A DNA stretch of 64,000 nt from Deltaproteobacteria bacterium (GTDB taxonomy: Bacteria > Myxococcota_A > UBA9160 > SMWR01): contig JAQBHB010000078.1 of assembly GCA_032128115.1 (NCBI GenBank), positions 32,001 to 96,000 on the forward strand, given 5' to 3'. Under the pieces are notes generated by a model, which searched no databases, was not told the origin of the DNA, and saw only the letters and a list, made by a program, of their open reading frames with translations. Position 1 is the first letter of the stretch; each line of letters starts with the position of its first letter. This document shows positions 36,358-52,926 of the stretch, piece after piece. Made by a program: the position numbers and the translations under genes.

Positions 36358-39300
36358 ATGGCCCCTCCCACCCACAGATCCCGCCGCCGCGCCCTGTTCG
36401 AGACGCTGGAAGAGCGTGTCCTGTACTCGGCCGACCCGATCCCGCTGATGGATCCGGGGCTGGCGGAGAGTGCCGATCCGTACCCCGAGGCCCCTTACAG
36501 CGATGTGCTGGATCGCGAGACGGCAGTGGCCCTCGAGATCGCGGTGGTGCGTCGCGAAGTGGTGTTCGTGGACACCGGCACCGAGGGCTACCAGGATCTG
36601 GTCGATGACTTGTACGACTCCGATTCCCAGGCGCGCTCGCTGCAGGTGGTGCTTCTGGATGCGGAACGCGACGGCATCGCCCAGATCACCGAAGCCCTCC
36701 AGGCTTTCCACGACCTGGACGCGATCCACATCGTCTCCCACGGCTCCCCCGGCTCGCTGACGCTGGGTAGCTCCCAACTCGACGCCGACAACCTGGAGAG
36801 CCACGCCAGCGCCGTCGCCAGCTGGGGCGACGCCCTGGCGGGCAACGCAGACCTGGTGATCTACGGCTGCGACCTTGCGGCAAGCGCGGCAGGGCAGGAT
36901 TTCGTGGAAGCGCTGGCAGAACTCACCGGCGCGGACGTGGCGGCCAGCACCGACCCCACCGGAAGCGCCCTGCTCGGTGGCGACTGGGAGCTCGAGTTCC
37001 GGATCGGCGCGATCGAGGCCGCGGGCGCCTTCAGCGAGGAGCTGCAGGCCAACTGGGACCAGGTGCTGCCCACTACCTCGATCCTGTCCGCCAGCACCGT
37101 CGACGTCGATCTGGACGGCATGATCGACCACATCAAGATCGAGACCGACGGCAAGCTCAACGACAACTTCAACAACCTGCAGATCGACGTCGCCGGCTAC
37201 ACCGTGAACGGCTACGTCACCAGCCTGGGCAATCAGGGTCAGAAGGACGAATTCTTCTACCTCGCGGTCGCAGAGTCGGCGGGAACCGGCGACACCCCCC
37301 AGATCACGGTGATCGACAGCGGGGATCTCAAATCCGGGAAAGATTCCCTCGAGGTCGGCGTCAAGCTCGCCGCCGTGGACGGAGCCGCGCCCGTCATCCT
37401 GTCGCTCGGAACCGCCGACCTGGACAGCGATGGCTTCATCGACGCCATCAAGGTGACCTTCTCGGAGAAGATCGATGACGCGAGCATCCAGATCAGCGAA
37501 TGGGACGTCGCCGGAGTCGGTGGGGAGAATTTCGACCCCAAGGCGGGTGGCGACCAGGCGGACAACAATTTCATCTACCTCGGATTCGACGACGGCATCT
37601 ACGATACAGCCGCCACTCCCGACGTCACCTACGGCTCCTCGGGCGACACGATCGGAAACGCTTCCCTGGGCTGGTGGGACGCCGCCTGGCGGGACCGCAT
37701 CCAGATCCGATTCGAGAGCGGCGTCAAGACCGACCTGACCGACTTCCCCATGCTGGTGACGCTCGACGCCAGCAACATCGACTTCGCGAAGATCAAACCC
37801 AATGGCGACGACGTTCGATTCATCGACTCCGTCACCGGAAACAGGCTCGAGTACGAAATCGAGCAATGGGACGACGCGACCGAAACCGCCACCCTCTGGG
37901 TGCGCGTCCCCCAGGTGGACGGCGACAGCGACGCCGACCGCGTCTGGCTCTACTACAACAACCCGGACGCCAGCTACGAGCAGACGCTCGCCGACGAGGA
38001 AGCGGTCTGGAGCAGCTTCCACACGGTGCTGCACCTGGACGACGATCCGGGGCCGGGAGGCACCGGTGACATCCTGGATTCCAGCGCATCCCACAATCAC
38101 GGCACCGCCGTGGCCTCCATGGGTCCGGAAGACCTGATCAACGGCCAGGTCGGCAAGGCTCTCGAATTCGACGGAATCGACGATTCCATCAGCTTCGACG
38201 CCACCGACTTCGGAGACGCCTTCACCATCGACGTCTGGGTCCAGCCGTCATCCTCGGGCTCCGGGATCCAGACCATCCTCGCCAACTCCCCGAGCGGGCC
38301 AGAGAGCGACGGATTCCGGCTCTACCTCACCAGCGATGGCAGCATCATCTTCGAAACCGGCAACGGCCTGACGAGCAATTCCGCCACCAGCAACGTCGGC
38401 GTCATCAACCAGAACCAGTGGAATCACATCACGGTGAAGGTCGACCGGCTCCTCGGCAAGGCCAACATCTACCACGGCGGCACGAACGTCACGTTCGATG
38501 ACCTCATCCTCAGCGACTTCGCAGTCGACAGCGACTGGAAGCTCGGCACGACGACCAGCCAGGACTTCTCCTTCCAAGGCGCCATCGACGAGCTCCAGAT
38601 CTCGAAATCCATTCGAGTCAATGACGCCGATTGGAACGCGGCGCACCACCTGTCCACGACGGGCGCGTTGGTGGACATTGTCGATGCCCAGGCGATCGTG
38701 GCCACGGCAGACACCGCCGCGCCGGTCCTGCTGTCTGCCGAAACCCTGGACCAAAACCATGGTGACAGTATCGACGCCCTGCGTCTGACCTTCTCCGAGG
38801 CCATCGACGACGCCTCGGTCGACATCAACGACTTCAACATCTCCCTGGTCTCGAACCTGGCCTTCGCGCCCCTGACCTTCGGCGACGTGGCCGACAACGA
38901 CCAGATCTACCTCACCTTCGACGACGGCCTCCTCCACACGGGTGTGACGCCGAGCGTCGAATACGTACAGGGAACCCTGCAGGATCGGGCCGCCAACCCG
39001 ATGGCGGACGTGGCGCCCTTCGTCTCCACCGACAAGGCGGCCCCGGTGCTGCTGGGCGCGGGCACCTCGGACCTCGGGGCCCCCGGCCTGTTCAATGCCG
39101 TGGGCGACCAGCTCCGCCTCATCTTCTCCGAGACCATCGTGGCCGCACCCAGCGAGTTCGACTCGGAATTCAACTTCCAGTTCGGCGGGACGGTGACCGA
39201 CGGCGACAACTTCGCCACCGAGATCGGCGGCGACCTCGCCATCGACCTGATTACCTCCGGCGTCGCCCCCAACGACACGATCCGCTACACCATGACGCCC

Positions 39301-42300
39301 GGCGACACTCCGAACGTCGACGTCGTCAACCTGGGTGGCACCACCATCGTGGTAAACCCCACGGGCATCGTGCCCGACTCCATCGAGGACCTGGCGGGCA
39401 ATGATCTGATCGCGGGCACGGTGGTGGGCACGCTCGGCGACCTGGATCCCGCCCCCAACCTGGTCGCCGAGAACGCAGCGAACGACACCGTCGTGGGCAT
39501 CACGGCATTCGCCAGCGACCCGAATGATCTGGTGGGATATTTCCTGGACGTCGACGCCGGGGGACGCTTCAAAATCGATCCCCTCACCGGTGTGGTGACC
39601 GTGGCCAACGGCAGCCTCCTCGACTTCGAGATGAACGAGAGCCACTCGATCACGGTTCGCGCCCAGAGCGCGGACACCAGCAGCACGACTCGCAGCTTCG
39701 AGATCCAGCTCACAGACGTGAATGAATACTCCATCACACCGGTCGGCGATACCGACAACGCGTCCAACCAGGTGGTGGAAAGCGCCGCCACGGGCACCTA
39801 CGTAGGAATCACGGCTGCCGCGATTGACGGCGACTCCAGCGACACCGTCACCTACTCGCTGGACGACGACGCCGGGGGTCGCTTCCGGATCGATCCGGCC
39901 ACGGGTGCGGTATCCGTCGCCAACGGCGCGCTGATCGACTTCGAAACGGACCTGAGCCACGACATCACCGTCCGCGCCACCAGTTCCGACACCTCGTCCA
40001 ACACGGCGGTGATCAGCATCGGCGTGGTCAATGGCAACGACTTCTCCATCGGGCCCGTCACCGACAGCGACGCCGCTCCCAACGAGGTGATCGAGAACGC
40101 AGCATCCGGCACCCTCGTCGGGGTCACGGCGCTCGCCAGCGATGGCGATGACGGCGTTTCCTACTCGCTCGACGACGACGCCGGCGGCCGCTTCGAGATC
40201 GATCCCGTAACCGGCGTCGTGCGCGTGGCCAACGGAAGTCTTCTCGCCGCCGAAACCGCCACCAATCACAGTATCGTCGCCCGGGCGACCAGCGATGACG
40301 GTTCCTGGACCGCCAGGGCCATCAGCATCAACGTGATCGACGTCGACGAACTACCCGTGGCGAATGCCGGGGGGCCCTACAACATCACCGAAGGCGATCC
40401 TGTCACCCTGAACGCGTCGGCGTCGACCGATCCGGAGGGTGTTGCGCTCAGCTACCGCTGGGACATCGACAACGATCTCGACTACGACGAGAACGTCACC
40501 GGGGTGTCCCCCACGCTCACCTGGGCACAGCTACAGGCCCTGGGGATCAAGGACGACGGCGCGTACACGATCACCGCGGAAGTCGACGATGGGCTCGGCG
40601 TCGATACCCAGTCCACAACCCTCAACGTCGCCAACACCCACCCGACCCTGACGACCTCGGGAAGCGGGGTCGTCGGCGCTGGCGCTCTGTATACGCTGAA
40701 TCTCAGCGCCAGCGATCCCGGAGACGACACGATCACGTCCTGGACCATCAACTGGGGCGATGGCTCGATCGAAACGATCGCCGGGAACCCCTCCTCCGTC
40801 ACCCATACCTACATCGGTCCAGGCTTCACGTACAACATCCTGGCGTCCGCTACGGACGAGGATGGAACCTACCTGCAGAACGACCTGGTGATCCCGAGCT
40901 TCGACGGAGACAGCATCTTCCGCTTCGAAGCCACCACCGGGAAGCTCCTGCAGGAATTCGCCACGGCCGACGGATTGGACGACCCGATTTCGGCGATCGT
41001 CGGACCAGACGGGCGCCTCTACGTCACCGGCGAGCGGTCAGACGACGTCCAGGTCTACGACACGGCAACGGGTGCCTTCATCACGACCTTCGTCTCCGAC
41101 CCCGTACTGGATTCTCCGAGCGGCCTCGCTTTCGGTCCCGATGGCAACCTGTACGTGGCGAACAACGGCACGGACGAAGTGCGACGGTACGACGGAGCCA
41201 CGGGCAACCTGATCGACGTCTTCGTGGCCTCCAGTGACACACCGATGAATCCCCACGGTCTCACGTTCGGTCCCGACGGAGACCTCTACGTCAGCGGCTA
41301 CACAGACGACGAGGTCCTCCGCTACGACGGAACCACGGGGACTCCGATGGGCGTGTTCGTCAGCGCCGGCAGCGGCGGCCTGACGGCACCGGAGCAAATG
41401 ACATTCGGGCCGGACGGAAACCTGTACATCGCCAGCCGTCAGGGCGGGACCAACGTGCTCCGCTACGACGGAACCGATGGCTCGTTCATGGACGAGTTCG
41501 TCGCGACCGGCGGCAGCGCGGACCTGGACAAGCCGACGGGGCTCGCGTTCGGACCGGACGGGCACCTCTACGTGGGGGACTGGAACGACGGCGCCGTCCT
41601 CCGCTACGACGGGAGTGACGGCAGCTTCATCGACGAGTACGTAGCCGCGGGGAGCGGAGGTCTAACCAAGCCGGCGTTCCTGACGTTCATCCCGGGACAT
41701 CAGGTCACGGTCACCGCCAACACAATCCCGAACGTGTCCGATCAGAGCTTCAACGTCGCGGAGAATTCCATCGATACGACGCTGGTCGGAACGGTAGCCG
41801 CCAGCGATTCCGACGTGGGGCAGACGCTCGGCTACGCCATCGTCGCCGGCGACCTCACCGGCATCTTCGCGATCGACTCGAGCGGGATCATCACCGTTGC
41901 GGACGGCTCGCAGCTGAACCGCGAGGCGACCGCGCAGTACAGCCTCACCGTGGAAGTCTCCGACAACGGGACACCGATCCTCTCGAACACGGCGACCATC
42001 ACGATCGACGTCGGCGACGTGGACGAATTCGACATCGGCTCGCTCAGTGACAACGACGCCGCCCCCAATGAGGTGGTCGAGAACGCCCCAGACGACACGG
42101 TGGTGGGCATCACCGCCCTGGCCAGCGATGCTGACGCCACCGACACCACCATCTATGTGCTGGACGACGATGCGGGGGGCCGCTTCAAGATCGATCCGAT
42201 CTCCGGCGTGGTCAGCGTGGCGAACGGCAGTCTCTTGAACTACGAGGCCTCCACCAGCCACGACATCATCATCCGGGCCACCAGCACGGATCTCTCCACC

Positions 42301-45216
42301 ACGACCCTGGGGATGACCATCAACCTGGTCGACCAGGACGAATTCAACATCGGGCCCCTGAGCGACGACAACGCGGCCCCGAACCAGGTGATGGAGAATG
42401 CCAGCAACGACACCATCGTAGGGATCACGGCCCTGGCCGAGGATCTCGACGGCTCGGACACCGTCACCTACACCCTCGACAACGACGCCGGCGGCCGCTT
42501 CAAGGTCGACCCGAACTCCGGAGTGGTGACGGTTGCCAACGGCACGCTCCTGAACCGGGAGGCAGCTGCCAGCCACAACATCACGGTACGTGCCACCAGC
42601 ACCGATATCTCGAGCGTCACCCAGGTGATGACCATCAACCTGCTCGACCAGGACGAGTTCGATATCGGGCCCCTGAGCGACAACAATGCGGCGGCCAACG
42701 AGGTGCTGGAAGGCGCTGCCAACGACACGGTGGTGGGAGTCACTGCACTGGCCGCCGACCCGGACGCCACCGACGACATCAGCTACAGCCTGGACGTCGA
42801 CGCCGGCGGACGCTTCAAGATCGACCCGATTTCGGGCGTGGTGAGCGTGGCCAACGGCACGCTTCTCAATTACGAAGCAGCCACCAGCCACGACATCAGC
42901 GTGCGCGCCACCAGCGACGACGCGTCGTCAACCACAGCGGTGATGACGATCAACGTCCTCGATGCCAACGAGTTCTCCATCTCGCCGGTGAGCGATCAGG
43001 ACGCCGCGCCTGACATGGTGTTCGAATCCGACCCCAATGGAACCCCGGTGGGAATCACGGCCTTCGCCACGGACGGCGATGGCACCGATGGCGTCACCTA
43101 CAGTCTTTCCGACGATGCGGGGGGACGCTTTGCGATCCACCCGACCACGGGTGTCGTCACGATCGCGGATACGGGCCTTCTGGATTACGAGACCGTCGTG
43201 CTTGGCTACACGATCCAGGTCCAGGCCACGAGTGACGACGGAAGCGCGACGAACCGGAACTTCTCCATCGTGATTGGTGACGACCCGAGCGAGTTCACGA
43301 TCAGCGCGATCAGCGATGACGACGGTGCTCCGAACCAGGTGGTGGAGAACGCGGCAAACGACACCGCGGTGGGAATCACGGCGCTCGCCAGCGACAACGA
43401 TGGCACGGACGACGTCACGTACACGTTGGACGACAACGCCGGCGGACGCTTCAAGATCGACCCGACCTCGGGCGTGGTGACCGTTGCCGATGGCACGCTC
43501 CTGAACCGGGAAGCCGCCGCCAGCCACGACATCACCGTGCGGGCCACCAGTGATGACACGTCATTCACCACCGCGCTGATGAACATCAATCTGCTGGACG
43601 CAGACGAGTTCGATACGACTGCCACCACCGACAGCGACGCTGCACCCAACCAGGTGATCGAGAACGCCACCACCGGCACGCTGGTGGGTATCACCGCCCT
43701 GGCCACCGACGCGGACATCACCGACAACATCAGCTACAGCCTGGACGACAATGCCGGTGGACGCTTCAAGATCGACCCGAATTCGGGCGTGGTGACGGTG
43801 GCCAACGGCTCGCTCCTGGACCACGAAGCCGCTGCCAGCCACGACATCACCGTGCGCGCCACGAGTGACGACACGTCTTCCGCCACCGCGGTCATGACGA
43901 TTGCCATCAGCGACGACACCTCCGAATATTCGGCCTCGCCGCCCACGGATACGGATGGATCACTCAACCAGGTGGTCGAGAACGCCGGAATCGGCGACCC
44001 AGTGGGCGTGACCATCTTCTCCAGTGATGGCGACGCCAGCGATTCCATCAGCTACAGCCTGACCGACGATGCGGGCGGACGCTTCAAGATCGACCCGATC
44101 TCGGGAGTGGTGACCGTCGCCAACGCCGCCCTGCTCGATTTCGAGGCCGCGCAGGTCCACGGCATCACCGCCCAGGCCCTGAGCGACGATGGCAGCTCGA
44201 GCCTGCTTTCCACGTCCATTGCTCTCATCGATGACAACACCGAGTTCTCGATCACGGCGGTGAGCGACGTCGATGCCGCGATCAACGAGGTCAACGAGAA
44301 CGCCGCCTACGGCACCGCGGTCGGCATCGCGGCGCTGGCAACGGATGGCGATGCGAGCGACGACGTCATCTACAGCCTGGACGACGACGCCGGTGGGCGC
44401 TTCAAGATCGACGCCACGACGGGGATCGTCGCCGTGAACGGCAGCTTCCTGCTGGATTTCGAAACCAACACCAGCCATGACATCACGGTGCGCGCTGCGA
44501 GCCCGGACGGTTCGTTCGCGACCCGGGTCATGACCATCGCGGTCCTGGACGACCCCGCGGAGATCAACCTGATTCCCGTGCCAGATCCGGATCCGGAGCC
44601 GGACCCCGAGCCCGACCCGGAGCCGGAGCCCGAGCCGGATCCGGGTGGAGAGCCGCCGCCTGACGAGGCGCCCGACGTAGATCCTTCGGCGGGCTTCGAT
44701 CCGCCCACCGAGCCCCTGGGCTTCCAAGAGCCGTCCGCGCCTCGGGTCTTCGGCCGGGCCGCCGATTCCGAGATTCCCGGGGAGAGGCTCGCGGCGGATC
44801 GGGCGCCTGACTTCGAGGCTTCCAACTCCTTCGAGCCGGGCGTCGAGCGCGAGGAACCGACCTCTCAATTCCTGCGAACGGCTTTCGGCGAGCCCACACT
44901 GGAGAGCGAGTTCCGGGAGTCCCTCGACCGGCTCCGCAACGAGATCGACGAGGAGGTCCGGGTGGCGGACTTCGAGCTGGGCATGTCGGTGCTCTCCGCC
45001 ACCGGCCTGTCCGTGGGCTACGTGGTCTGGCTCCTGCGCAGCGGCGTGCTCCTGAGCAGCCTCATGTCGTCCATGCCGGCCTGGCGCCTGGTGGACCCGG
45101 TGGCAATCGTGGGCTGGGACCGCGACGACGACGAAGACGACGACTCGCTCGAGACCCTGGTCGAGAAGGGCAGCAAGGCAGTCGACGACAAGCGGAAGGC
45201 CAAGTCCCAGGCATAA
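36358..45216 (+). CDS. Giant surface adhesin (2952 aa): LEPR-XLL-like N-terminus, DUF4347, DUF2341, LamG, about 12 cadherin-like repeats, PKD-like, beta-propeller, Pro/acidic linker, C-terminal hydrophobic motif
   Basis: [21 protein letters not shown]...IYGC...[16 protein letters not shown]...LWVRVP; 11 AGGRF repeats plus one divergent copy; 5 GPDGxLY repeats; (PD/PE)n; [12 protein letters not shown]...MPAWRLVDP. Confidence 0.9.
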   Translation: MAPPTHRSRRRALFETLEERVLYSADPIPLMDPGLAESADPYPEAPYSDVLDRETAVALEIAVVRREVVFVDTGTEGYQDLVDDLYDSDSQARSLQVVLLDAERDGIAQITEALQAFHDLDAIHIVSHGSPGSLTLGSSQLDADNLESHASAVASWGDALAGNADLVIYGCDLAASAAGQDFVEALAELTGADVAASTDPTGSALLGGDWELEFRIGAIEAAGAFSEELQANWDQVLPTTSILSASTVDVDLDGMIDHIKIETDGKLNDNFNNLQIDVAGYTVNGYVTSLGNQGQKDEFFYLAVAESAGTGDTPQITVIDSGDLKSGKDSLEVGVKLAAVDGAAPVILSLGTADLDSDGFIDAIKVTFSEKIDDASIQISEWDVAGVGGENFDPKAGGDQADNNFIYLGFDDGIYDTAATPDVTYGSSGDTIGNASLGWWDAAWRDRIQIRFESGVKTDLTDFPMLVTLDASNIDFAKIKPNGDDVRFIDSVTGNRLEYEIEQWDDATETATLWVRVPQVDGDSDADRVWLYYNNPDASYEQTLADEEAVWSSFHTVLHLDDDPGPGGTGDILDSSASHNHGTAVASMGPEDLINGQVGKALEFDGIDDSISFDATDFGDAFTIDVWVQPSSSGSGIQTILANSPSGPESDGFRLYLTSDGSIIFETGNGLTSNSATSNVGVINQNQWNHITVKVDRLLGKANIYHGGTNVTFDDLILSDFAVDSDWKLGTTTSQDFSFQGAIDELQISKSIRVNDADWNAAHHLSTTGALVDIVDAQAIVATADTAAPVLLSAETLDQNHGDSIDALRLTFSEAIDDASVDINDFNISLVSNLAFAPLTFGDVADNDQIYLTFDDGLLHTGVTPSVEYVQGTLQDRAANPMADVAPFVSTDKAAPVLLGAGTSDLGAPGLFNAVGDQLRLIFSETIVAAPSEFDSEFNFQFGGTVTDGDNFATEIGGDLAIDLITSGVAPNDTIRYTMTPGDTPNVDVVNLGGTTIVVNPTGIVPDSIEDLAGNDLIAGTVVGTLGDLDPAPNLVAENAANDTVVGITAFASDPNDLVGYFLDVDAGGRFKIDPLTGVVTVANGSLLDFEMNESHSITVRAQSADTSSTTRSFEIQLTDVNEYSITPVGDTDNASNQVVESAATGTYVGITAAAIDGDSSDTVTYSLDDDAGGRFRIDPATGAVSVANGALIDFETDLSHDITVRATSSDTSSNTAVISIGVVNGNDFSIGPVTDSDAAPNEVIENAASGTLVGVTALASDGDDGVSYSLDDDAGGRFEIDPVTGVVRVANGSLLAAETATNHSIVARATSDDGSWTARAISINVIDVDELPVANAGGPYNITEGDPVTLNASASTDPEGVALSYRWDIDNDLDYDENVTGVSPTLTWAQLQALGIKDDGAYTITAEVDDGLGVDTQSTTLNVANTHPTLTTSGSGVVGAGALYTLNLSASDPGDDTITSWTINWGDGSIETIAGNPSSVTHTYIGPGFTYNILASATDEDGTYLQNDLVIPSFDGDSIFRFEATTGKLLQEFATADGLDDPISAIVGPDGRLYVTGERSDDVQVYDTATGAFITTFVSDPVLDSPSGLAFGPDGNLYVANNGTDEVRRYDGATGNLIDVFVASSDTPMNPHGLTFGPDGDLYVSGYTDDEVLRYDGTTGTPMGVFVSAGSGGLTAPEQMTFGPDGNLYIASRQGGTNVLRYDGTDGSFMDEFVATGGSADLDKPTGLAFGPDGHLYVGDWNDGAVLRYDGSDGSFIDEYVAAGSGGLTKPAFLTFIPGHQVTVTANTIPNVSDQSFNVAENSIDTTLVGTVAASDSDVGQTLGYAIVAGDLTGIFAIDSSGIITVADGSQLNREATAQYSLTVEVSDNGTPILSNTATITIDVGDVDEFDIGSLSDNDAAPNEVVENAPDDTVVGITALASDADATDTTIYVLDDDAGGRFKIDPISGVVSVANGSLLNYEASTSHDIIIRATSTDLSTTTLGMTINLVDQDEFNIGPLSDDNAAPNQVMENASNDTIVGITALAEDLDGSDTVTYTLDNDAGGRFKVDPNSGVVTVANGTLLNREAAASHNITVRATSTDISSVTQVMTINLLDQDEFDIGPLSDNNAAANEVLEGAANDTVVGVTALAADPDATDDISYSLDVDAGGRFKIDPISGVVSVANGTLLNYEAATSHDISVRATSDDASSTTAVMTINVLDANEFSISPVSDQDAAPDMVFESDPNGTPVGITAFATDGDGTDGVTYSLSDDAGGRFAIHPTTGVVTIADTGLLDYETVVLGYTIQVQATSDDGSATNRNFSIVIGDDPSEFTISAISDDDGAPNQVVENAANDTAVGITALASDNDGTDDVTYTLDDNAGGRFKIDPTSGVVTVADGTLLNREAAASHDITVRATSDDTSFTTALMNINLLDADEFDTTATTDSDAAPNQVIENATTGTLVGITALATDADITDNISYSLDDNAGGRFKIDPNSGVVTVANGSLLDHEAAASHDITVRATSDDTSSATAVMTIAISDDTSEYSASPPTDTDGSLNQVVENAGIGDPVGVTIFSSDGDASDSISYSLTDDAGGRFKIDPISGVVTVANAALLDFEAAQVHGITAQALSDDGSSSLLSTSIALIDDNTEFSITAVSDVDAAINEVNENAAYGTAVGIAALATDGDASDDVIYSLDDDAGGRFKIDATTGIVAVNGSFLLDFETNTSHDITVRAASPDGSFATRVMTIAVLDDPAEINLIPVPDPDPEPDPEPDPEPEPEPDPGGEPPPDEAPDVDPSAGFDPPTEPLGFQEPSAPRVFGRAADSEIPGERLAADRAPDFEASNSFEPGVEREEPTSQFLRTAFGEPTLESEFRESLDRLRNEIDEEVRVADFELGMSVLSATGLSVGYVVWLLRSGVLLSSLMSSMPAWRLVDPVAIVGWDRDDDEDDDSLETLVEKGSKAVDDKRKAKSQA
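44581..44643 (+). repeat. Low-complexity (Pro-Asp/Glu)n coding repeat
   Basis: [21 protein letters not shown] linker in the adhesin. Confidence 0.85.
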
Positions 45217-45278
45217 AGCCCCCAGGGCCGCCCAGAAACGACTGTAGACATGCCTGCCGGTACACCGATCAGCCTGCC

Positions 45279-47777
<2,499 letters not shown>

Positions 47778-47800
47778 GCGGCCGGACTTGCGATGCCTGC

Positions 47801-47828
47801 TCAAGACCAGGTTGCCGACACCCGATAC
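47801..47828 (+). promoter_or_regulatory. Putative sigma28 (FliA)-like promoter
   Basis: TCAAG-N15-CCCGATAC upstream of the GGDEF/EAL gene; compare consensus TAAA-N15-GCCGATAA. Confidence 0.4.
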
Positions 47829-47892
47829 GAAATACGGGACCGTCCGGGCCGGCGACCCTCGACGTGTACGAAGCCGGCCCTGCGGTAGGGAG

Positions 47893-49713
47893 ATGCCGAG
47901 AAAGATGGCCGACAAGGAAAAAACCAATTCGGTCCTCACGACCGATGGCTTGCCGGCCGACGGCTTCGGCGGCCGCCTCCAGCCGGGTGCGCTCCAGGCC
48001 ACCATCATGATGCTCGATGACGAGGAGACCACCCTCGAGGTCATCGAAGCCTTCCTGGAAGACGCGGGCTACCAGACCGTCGTCGTCACCAGCGATCCCA
48101 CCACGGCGATCGATCTCATGCACAAGAAGCGGCCAGACGTGCTGCTGCTCGATCTCAACATGCCGGAGATGAACGGCTTCGAAGTGCTGGCCAGGATGCG
48201 CGCGAACGACGAGCTCAAGCACACCCCAGTGGTGGTTCTCACCTCGGCGAACGACGCCGCCACCAAGCTCAAGTCCCTGGAACTCGGCGCCACCGACTTC
48301 CTGGCAAAACCCGTGGATCCCAGTGAGCTCGCCCTTCGCCTGCGAAACACCCTGGCCGCCAAGGCCTACCAGGACCGCCTCACCTACTACGACATGCTGA
48401 CCGACCTTCCCAATCGGCGGCTCTTCATGGAGCGCCTGGACCAGACGCTGGACAAGGCCGCTCAAACCGGCGGAATCGGCGCGATCCTGCACCTGGATCT
48501 GGACCGCTTCAAGCAGATCAACGACGCCCTGGGGCCGCGTGTGGGAGACCAGCTCCTGAAGGTCGTGGGCCAGCGACTCATGCAGACCATCCGCGGCGGC
48601 GACGCGGTCGGGCGCATGCAAGCGCATCCGGGCCGCCGGACCCTGTCACGGGTGGGCGGGGACGAATTCACGGTGCTGCTCCCGGAGATCGTCCAGGCGG
48701 AGAAGGCAGCCAGTGTCGCCCGGCGCATCATCGACGCGCTGGCCGCGCCTTTCAGCATCAACGCCCACGAAGTGTTCGTTACGGCGAGCATCGGCATCGC
48801 CGTGTTCCCGCACGACGGCAGCGACGTGGAGTCGATCATCCAGAACTCGAACGCCGCCATGTCCCAGGCAAAGAAGGCCGGCGGCAACACCTACCGCTAC
48901 TACTCCCACGAGATCAACACGCGATCCATGGAGCAACTGACGCTCGAGAACGAGCTGCGCAGGGCACTCGACGCCAGACAGTTGCAGCTCTACTACCAGC
49001 CGAAGGTCAATACCGCCACGGGCCAGGTCTGTGGCATGGAGGCGCTGCTGCGCTGGATCCACCCGGAGCTGGGCTTCATCGGCCCGGACCGGTTCATCCC
49101 CCTGGCCGAGGAGATCGGGCTGATCGTGCCGATTGGCGCGTGGGTGCTCTACGAGGCATGCCGTCAGAACAAGGCCTGGCAGGACGCGGGGCTGCCCGCC
49201 CTGCCGGTCTCGGTGAATGTTTCCGGACACCAGTTCCGCGCGGGCAACTTCGCCGCGGTCATCACCGAGGCGCTCAAGACCGCGGAACTGTCGTCGGAGT
49301 GGCTCACGGTGGAACTCACCGAGAGCGTGATCATGGACAACGCCAGGGCCAACGTAGACATGCTGCACCAGATCAAGGAGATCGGCGTCGCTCTCTCCGT
49401 GGACGACTTCGGGACCGGCTATTCGTGCCTGAGCTACCTGAACCAGTTTCCGCTGGACGAACTCAAGGTGGACCGATCCTTCGTGAACGAGATCCAGACG
49501 GCCGACGACACGGCCGCAATCGTCACCGCCATCATCGGCATGGCGCACGGCCTGGGTCTGAAAGTGGTGGCCGAGGGCGTCGAAACCAACGAGCAGTGGG
49601 CGTTTCTGCGCAACAAGGAATGCGAGGAGTGCCAGGGCTTCCTCTTCAGCAAGCCCCTGCCGGCCCGGGATTTCGGCGAACTGCTCGGCGGCCCCCTGCC
49701 CGGCGACGACTAG
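47893..49713 (+). CDS. REC-GGDEF-EAL response regulator (diguanylate cyclase/phosphodiesterase)
   Basis: LLDLNMP (REC), SRVGGDEF, MEALLRW, DDFGTGYS, VAEGVE. Start at 47893 or 47905. Confidence 0.94.
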   Translation: MPRKMADKEKTNSVLTTDGLPADGFGGRLQPGALQATIMMLDDEETTLEVIEAFLEDAGYQTVVVTSDPTTAIDLMHKKRPDVLLLDLNMPEMNGFEVLARMRANDELKHTPVVVLTSANDAATKLKSLELGATDFLAKPVDPSELALRLRNTLAAKAYQDRLTYYDMLTDLPNRRLFMERLDQTLDKAAQTGGIGAILHLDLDRFKQINDALGPRVGDQLLKVVGQRLMQTIRGGDAVGRMQAHPGRRTLSRVGGDEFTVLLPEIVQAEKAASVARRIIDALAAPFSINAHEVFVTASIGIAVFPHDGSDVESIIQNSNAAMSQAKKAGGNTYRYYSHEINTRSMEQLTLENELRRALDARQLQLYYQPKVNTATGQVCGMEALLRWIHPELGFIGPDRFIPLAEEIGLIVPIGAWVLYEACRQNKAWQDAGLPALPVSVNVSGHQFRAGNFAAVITEALKTAELSSEWLTVELTESVIMDNARANVDMLHQIKEIGVALSVDDFGTGYSCLSYLNQFPLDELKVDRSFVNEIQTADDTAAIVTAIIGMAHGLGLKVVAEGVETNEQWAFLRNKECEECQGFLFSKPLPARDFGELLGGPLPGDD

Positions 49714-49714
49714 C

Positions 49715-51004
49715 CTAGAGGCTCCGATCCAGGTCCTTCAGGATCGATGACAGCTTCTCGAGCACCTCGGCAATCTCACTCTCGTCGATCACCAACGGGG
49801 GCTGCAGGCGCACCACGTTGCCAAGGGATCCGCCCACGCCGACCAGGAGCCCCGCCGCCCGGCAGCGCTTCTTCACCTCCTGGGCCTCGGCGGCGGCGGG
49901 CGTCTTGTCGGCGTCCTTCACCAGCTCGAGACCGATCATCAGGCCGAGGCCGCGCACCTCGCCCACCAGGGTGAGTTCATCCTCGAGGGGCGTAAGGCCC
50001 GCCATCAGCTGGGCACCACGCGCTGCCGAATTCTCCGGAAGCCGCTCCTCCTTCATCACCTCGATGTTGGCCAGCGCCGCCGCGCAGCTCACCGGGTTGC
50101 CGCCGAAGGTCGAGAGGTGCGACCCGGGCGTAAAGGCGTCGCCCACGTCGGCGCGTGCGATGAAGGCGGCGAGCGGAAAGCCGTCTGCGATGCCCTTGGC
50201 CACGGTCATGATCTCGGGCTCGACCCCGTAGTGCTCGATGGCAAAGAGCTTGCCCGTGCGCCCGAATCCGGTCTGTACCTCGTCGCAGATGAAGAGGATG
50301 CCCTGCTCGTCCAGGATCTCCTTCACGTATCGGAAGTAGCTCTCGTGGGGCACCAGGATGCCGCCCTCGCCAAGCACCGGCTCGGCGATGAAGGCGGCTA
50401 CGTTTCCGGAGGTCTGGTACTTGATCGTCTGGGCCAGCTCCTGGGCACTGCGCTCGGCGCACTCGGCGTCGGTCTTCGAGCCATAGGGGCAGCGATAGCG
50501 GTACGGTGCCGGAGCAAACACCACGCCGGGCATGTAGGGCCCCCCATGCTGCTTGCGTCCGCTGTTGCCCGTGATCGAAAGGGTCGCGTACGTGCGCCCG
50601 TGGAAGCTGTGGGTCAGGGCCACGAACTCGTTGCGACCGGTGAAGTGCTTGGCCAGGCGCAGAGCCCCCTCGACGGCCTCCGCCCCCGAGTTGCAAAGGA
50701 AGCTCTTTTGCAGCGCGCCCGGCGTGATCCCGGCCAGGGCCTCGGCCACGCGCCCCGCCATGGGGTTGTAGTAGACGTAGCTGCAGCAGTGCACCAGCTT
50801 GTCCAGCTGCGCCTTGGCAGCGGCGATCACCTTCGGATGGCGGTGACCCGCATTGCACACCGCGATGCCGCTGAAACAATCCAGGTACTCCACGCCGCTG
50901 CTGCAGCGGACGCGCGTGCCCTCGGCCGACACCACCTCCACCGGATCGAAACCCGACACCATGCTGGTGATCATGAACTCGTCATAGAGCTTCTTCGTGT
51001 GCAT
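49715..51004 (-). CDS. Class III PLP-dependent aminotransferase (beta-alanine/4-aminobutyrate type)
   Basis: NSGAEAVE, SFHGRT, DEVQTGFGRTG, AKGIADG, TFGGNP. Confidence 0.93.
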   Translation of the reverse strand: MHTKKLYDEFMITSMVSGFDPVEVVSAEGTRVRCSSGVEYLDCFSGIAVCNAGHRHPKVIAAAKAQLDKLVHCCSYVYYNPMAGRVAEALAGITPGALQKSFLCNSGAEAVEGALRLAKHFTGRNEFVALTHSFHGRTYATLSITGNSGRKQHGGPYMPGVVFAPAPYRYRCPYGSKTDAECAERSAQELAQTIKYQTSGNVAAFIAEPVLGEGGILVPHESYFRYVKEILDEQGILFICDEVQTGFGRTGKLFAIEHYGVEPEIMTVAKGIADGFPLAAFIARADVGDAFTPGSHLSTFGGNPVSCAAALANIEVMKEERLPENSAARGAQLMAGLTPLEDELTLVGEVRGLGLMIGLELVKDADKTPAAAEAQEVKKRCRAAGLLVGVGGSLGNVVRLQPPLVIDESEIAEVLEKLSSILKDLDRSL

Positions 51005-51260
51005 GCCTTCTCCTGATCGCGCTCTCGCGCGTCGCTACAGACTTGGGGGGCTGCAGGCGCACACCGCCTTGCCCTGGTGGGGGAGGTCCACGTCAGAGGC
51101 CATGGGGAACCTCACTGAGTTGCGTTGAATCGCGTCGAATTGTCGAGCATCCTCAATGTACTGAACAGCAAACCCCTGATAATCAGATACTTGCAGGAAA
51201 TTCCAGAAAGTCTTGTTGAACGACGTAAACGACGAGACACTGGCGGCAGCGAGGAGCAGC

Positions 51261-52757
<1,497 letters not shown>

Positions 52758-52926
52758 CCACGCAAACCCCCGGGGGGTCCACGGCGAAGCGGGGCCTCGA
52801 CATCGGCGCCACCGGTGTCGAGGTTCTGGTGCTGGGTTTCCCTGCTCTGGCGCGTCCGCTTCTACTTCGTGTCACCCTGCGCCTGCGCCGCTGCGTGACG
52901 GTGCCCGAGTTCCCGATTCCGCTCGA

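Noticed and set aside
39450..44560. Approximately 300-bp periodic repeats as a mobile or CRISPR-like element
   Set aside because: They are degenerate, in-frame cadherin domain repeats of the adhesin.
51005..51260. Lower-GC intergenic region as an ncRNA or riboswitch
   Set aside because: No recognisable RNA motif; consistent with a divergent promoter region for the aminotransferase and mmsA.
52758..52926. Gap between convergent mmsA and patatin genes as a gene remnant or terminator
   Set aside because: Only a short C-run/G-run palindrome without a U-tract, and no convincing ORF.
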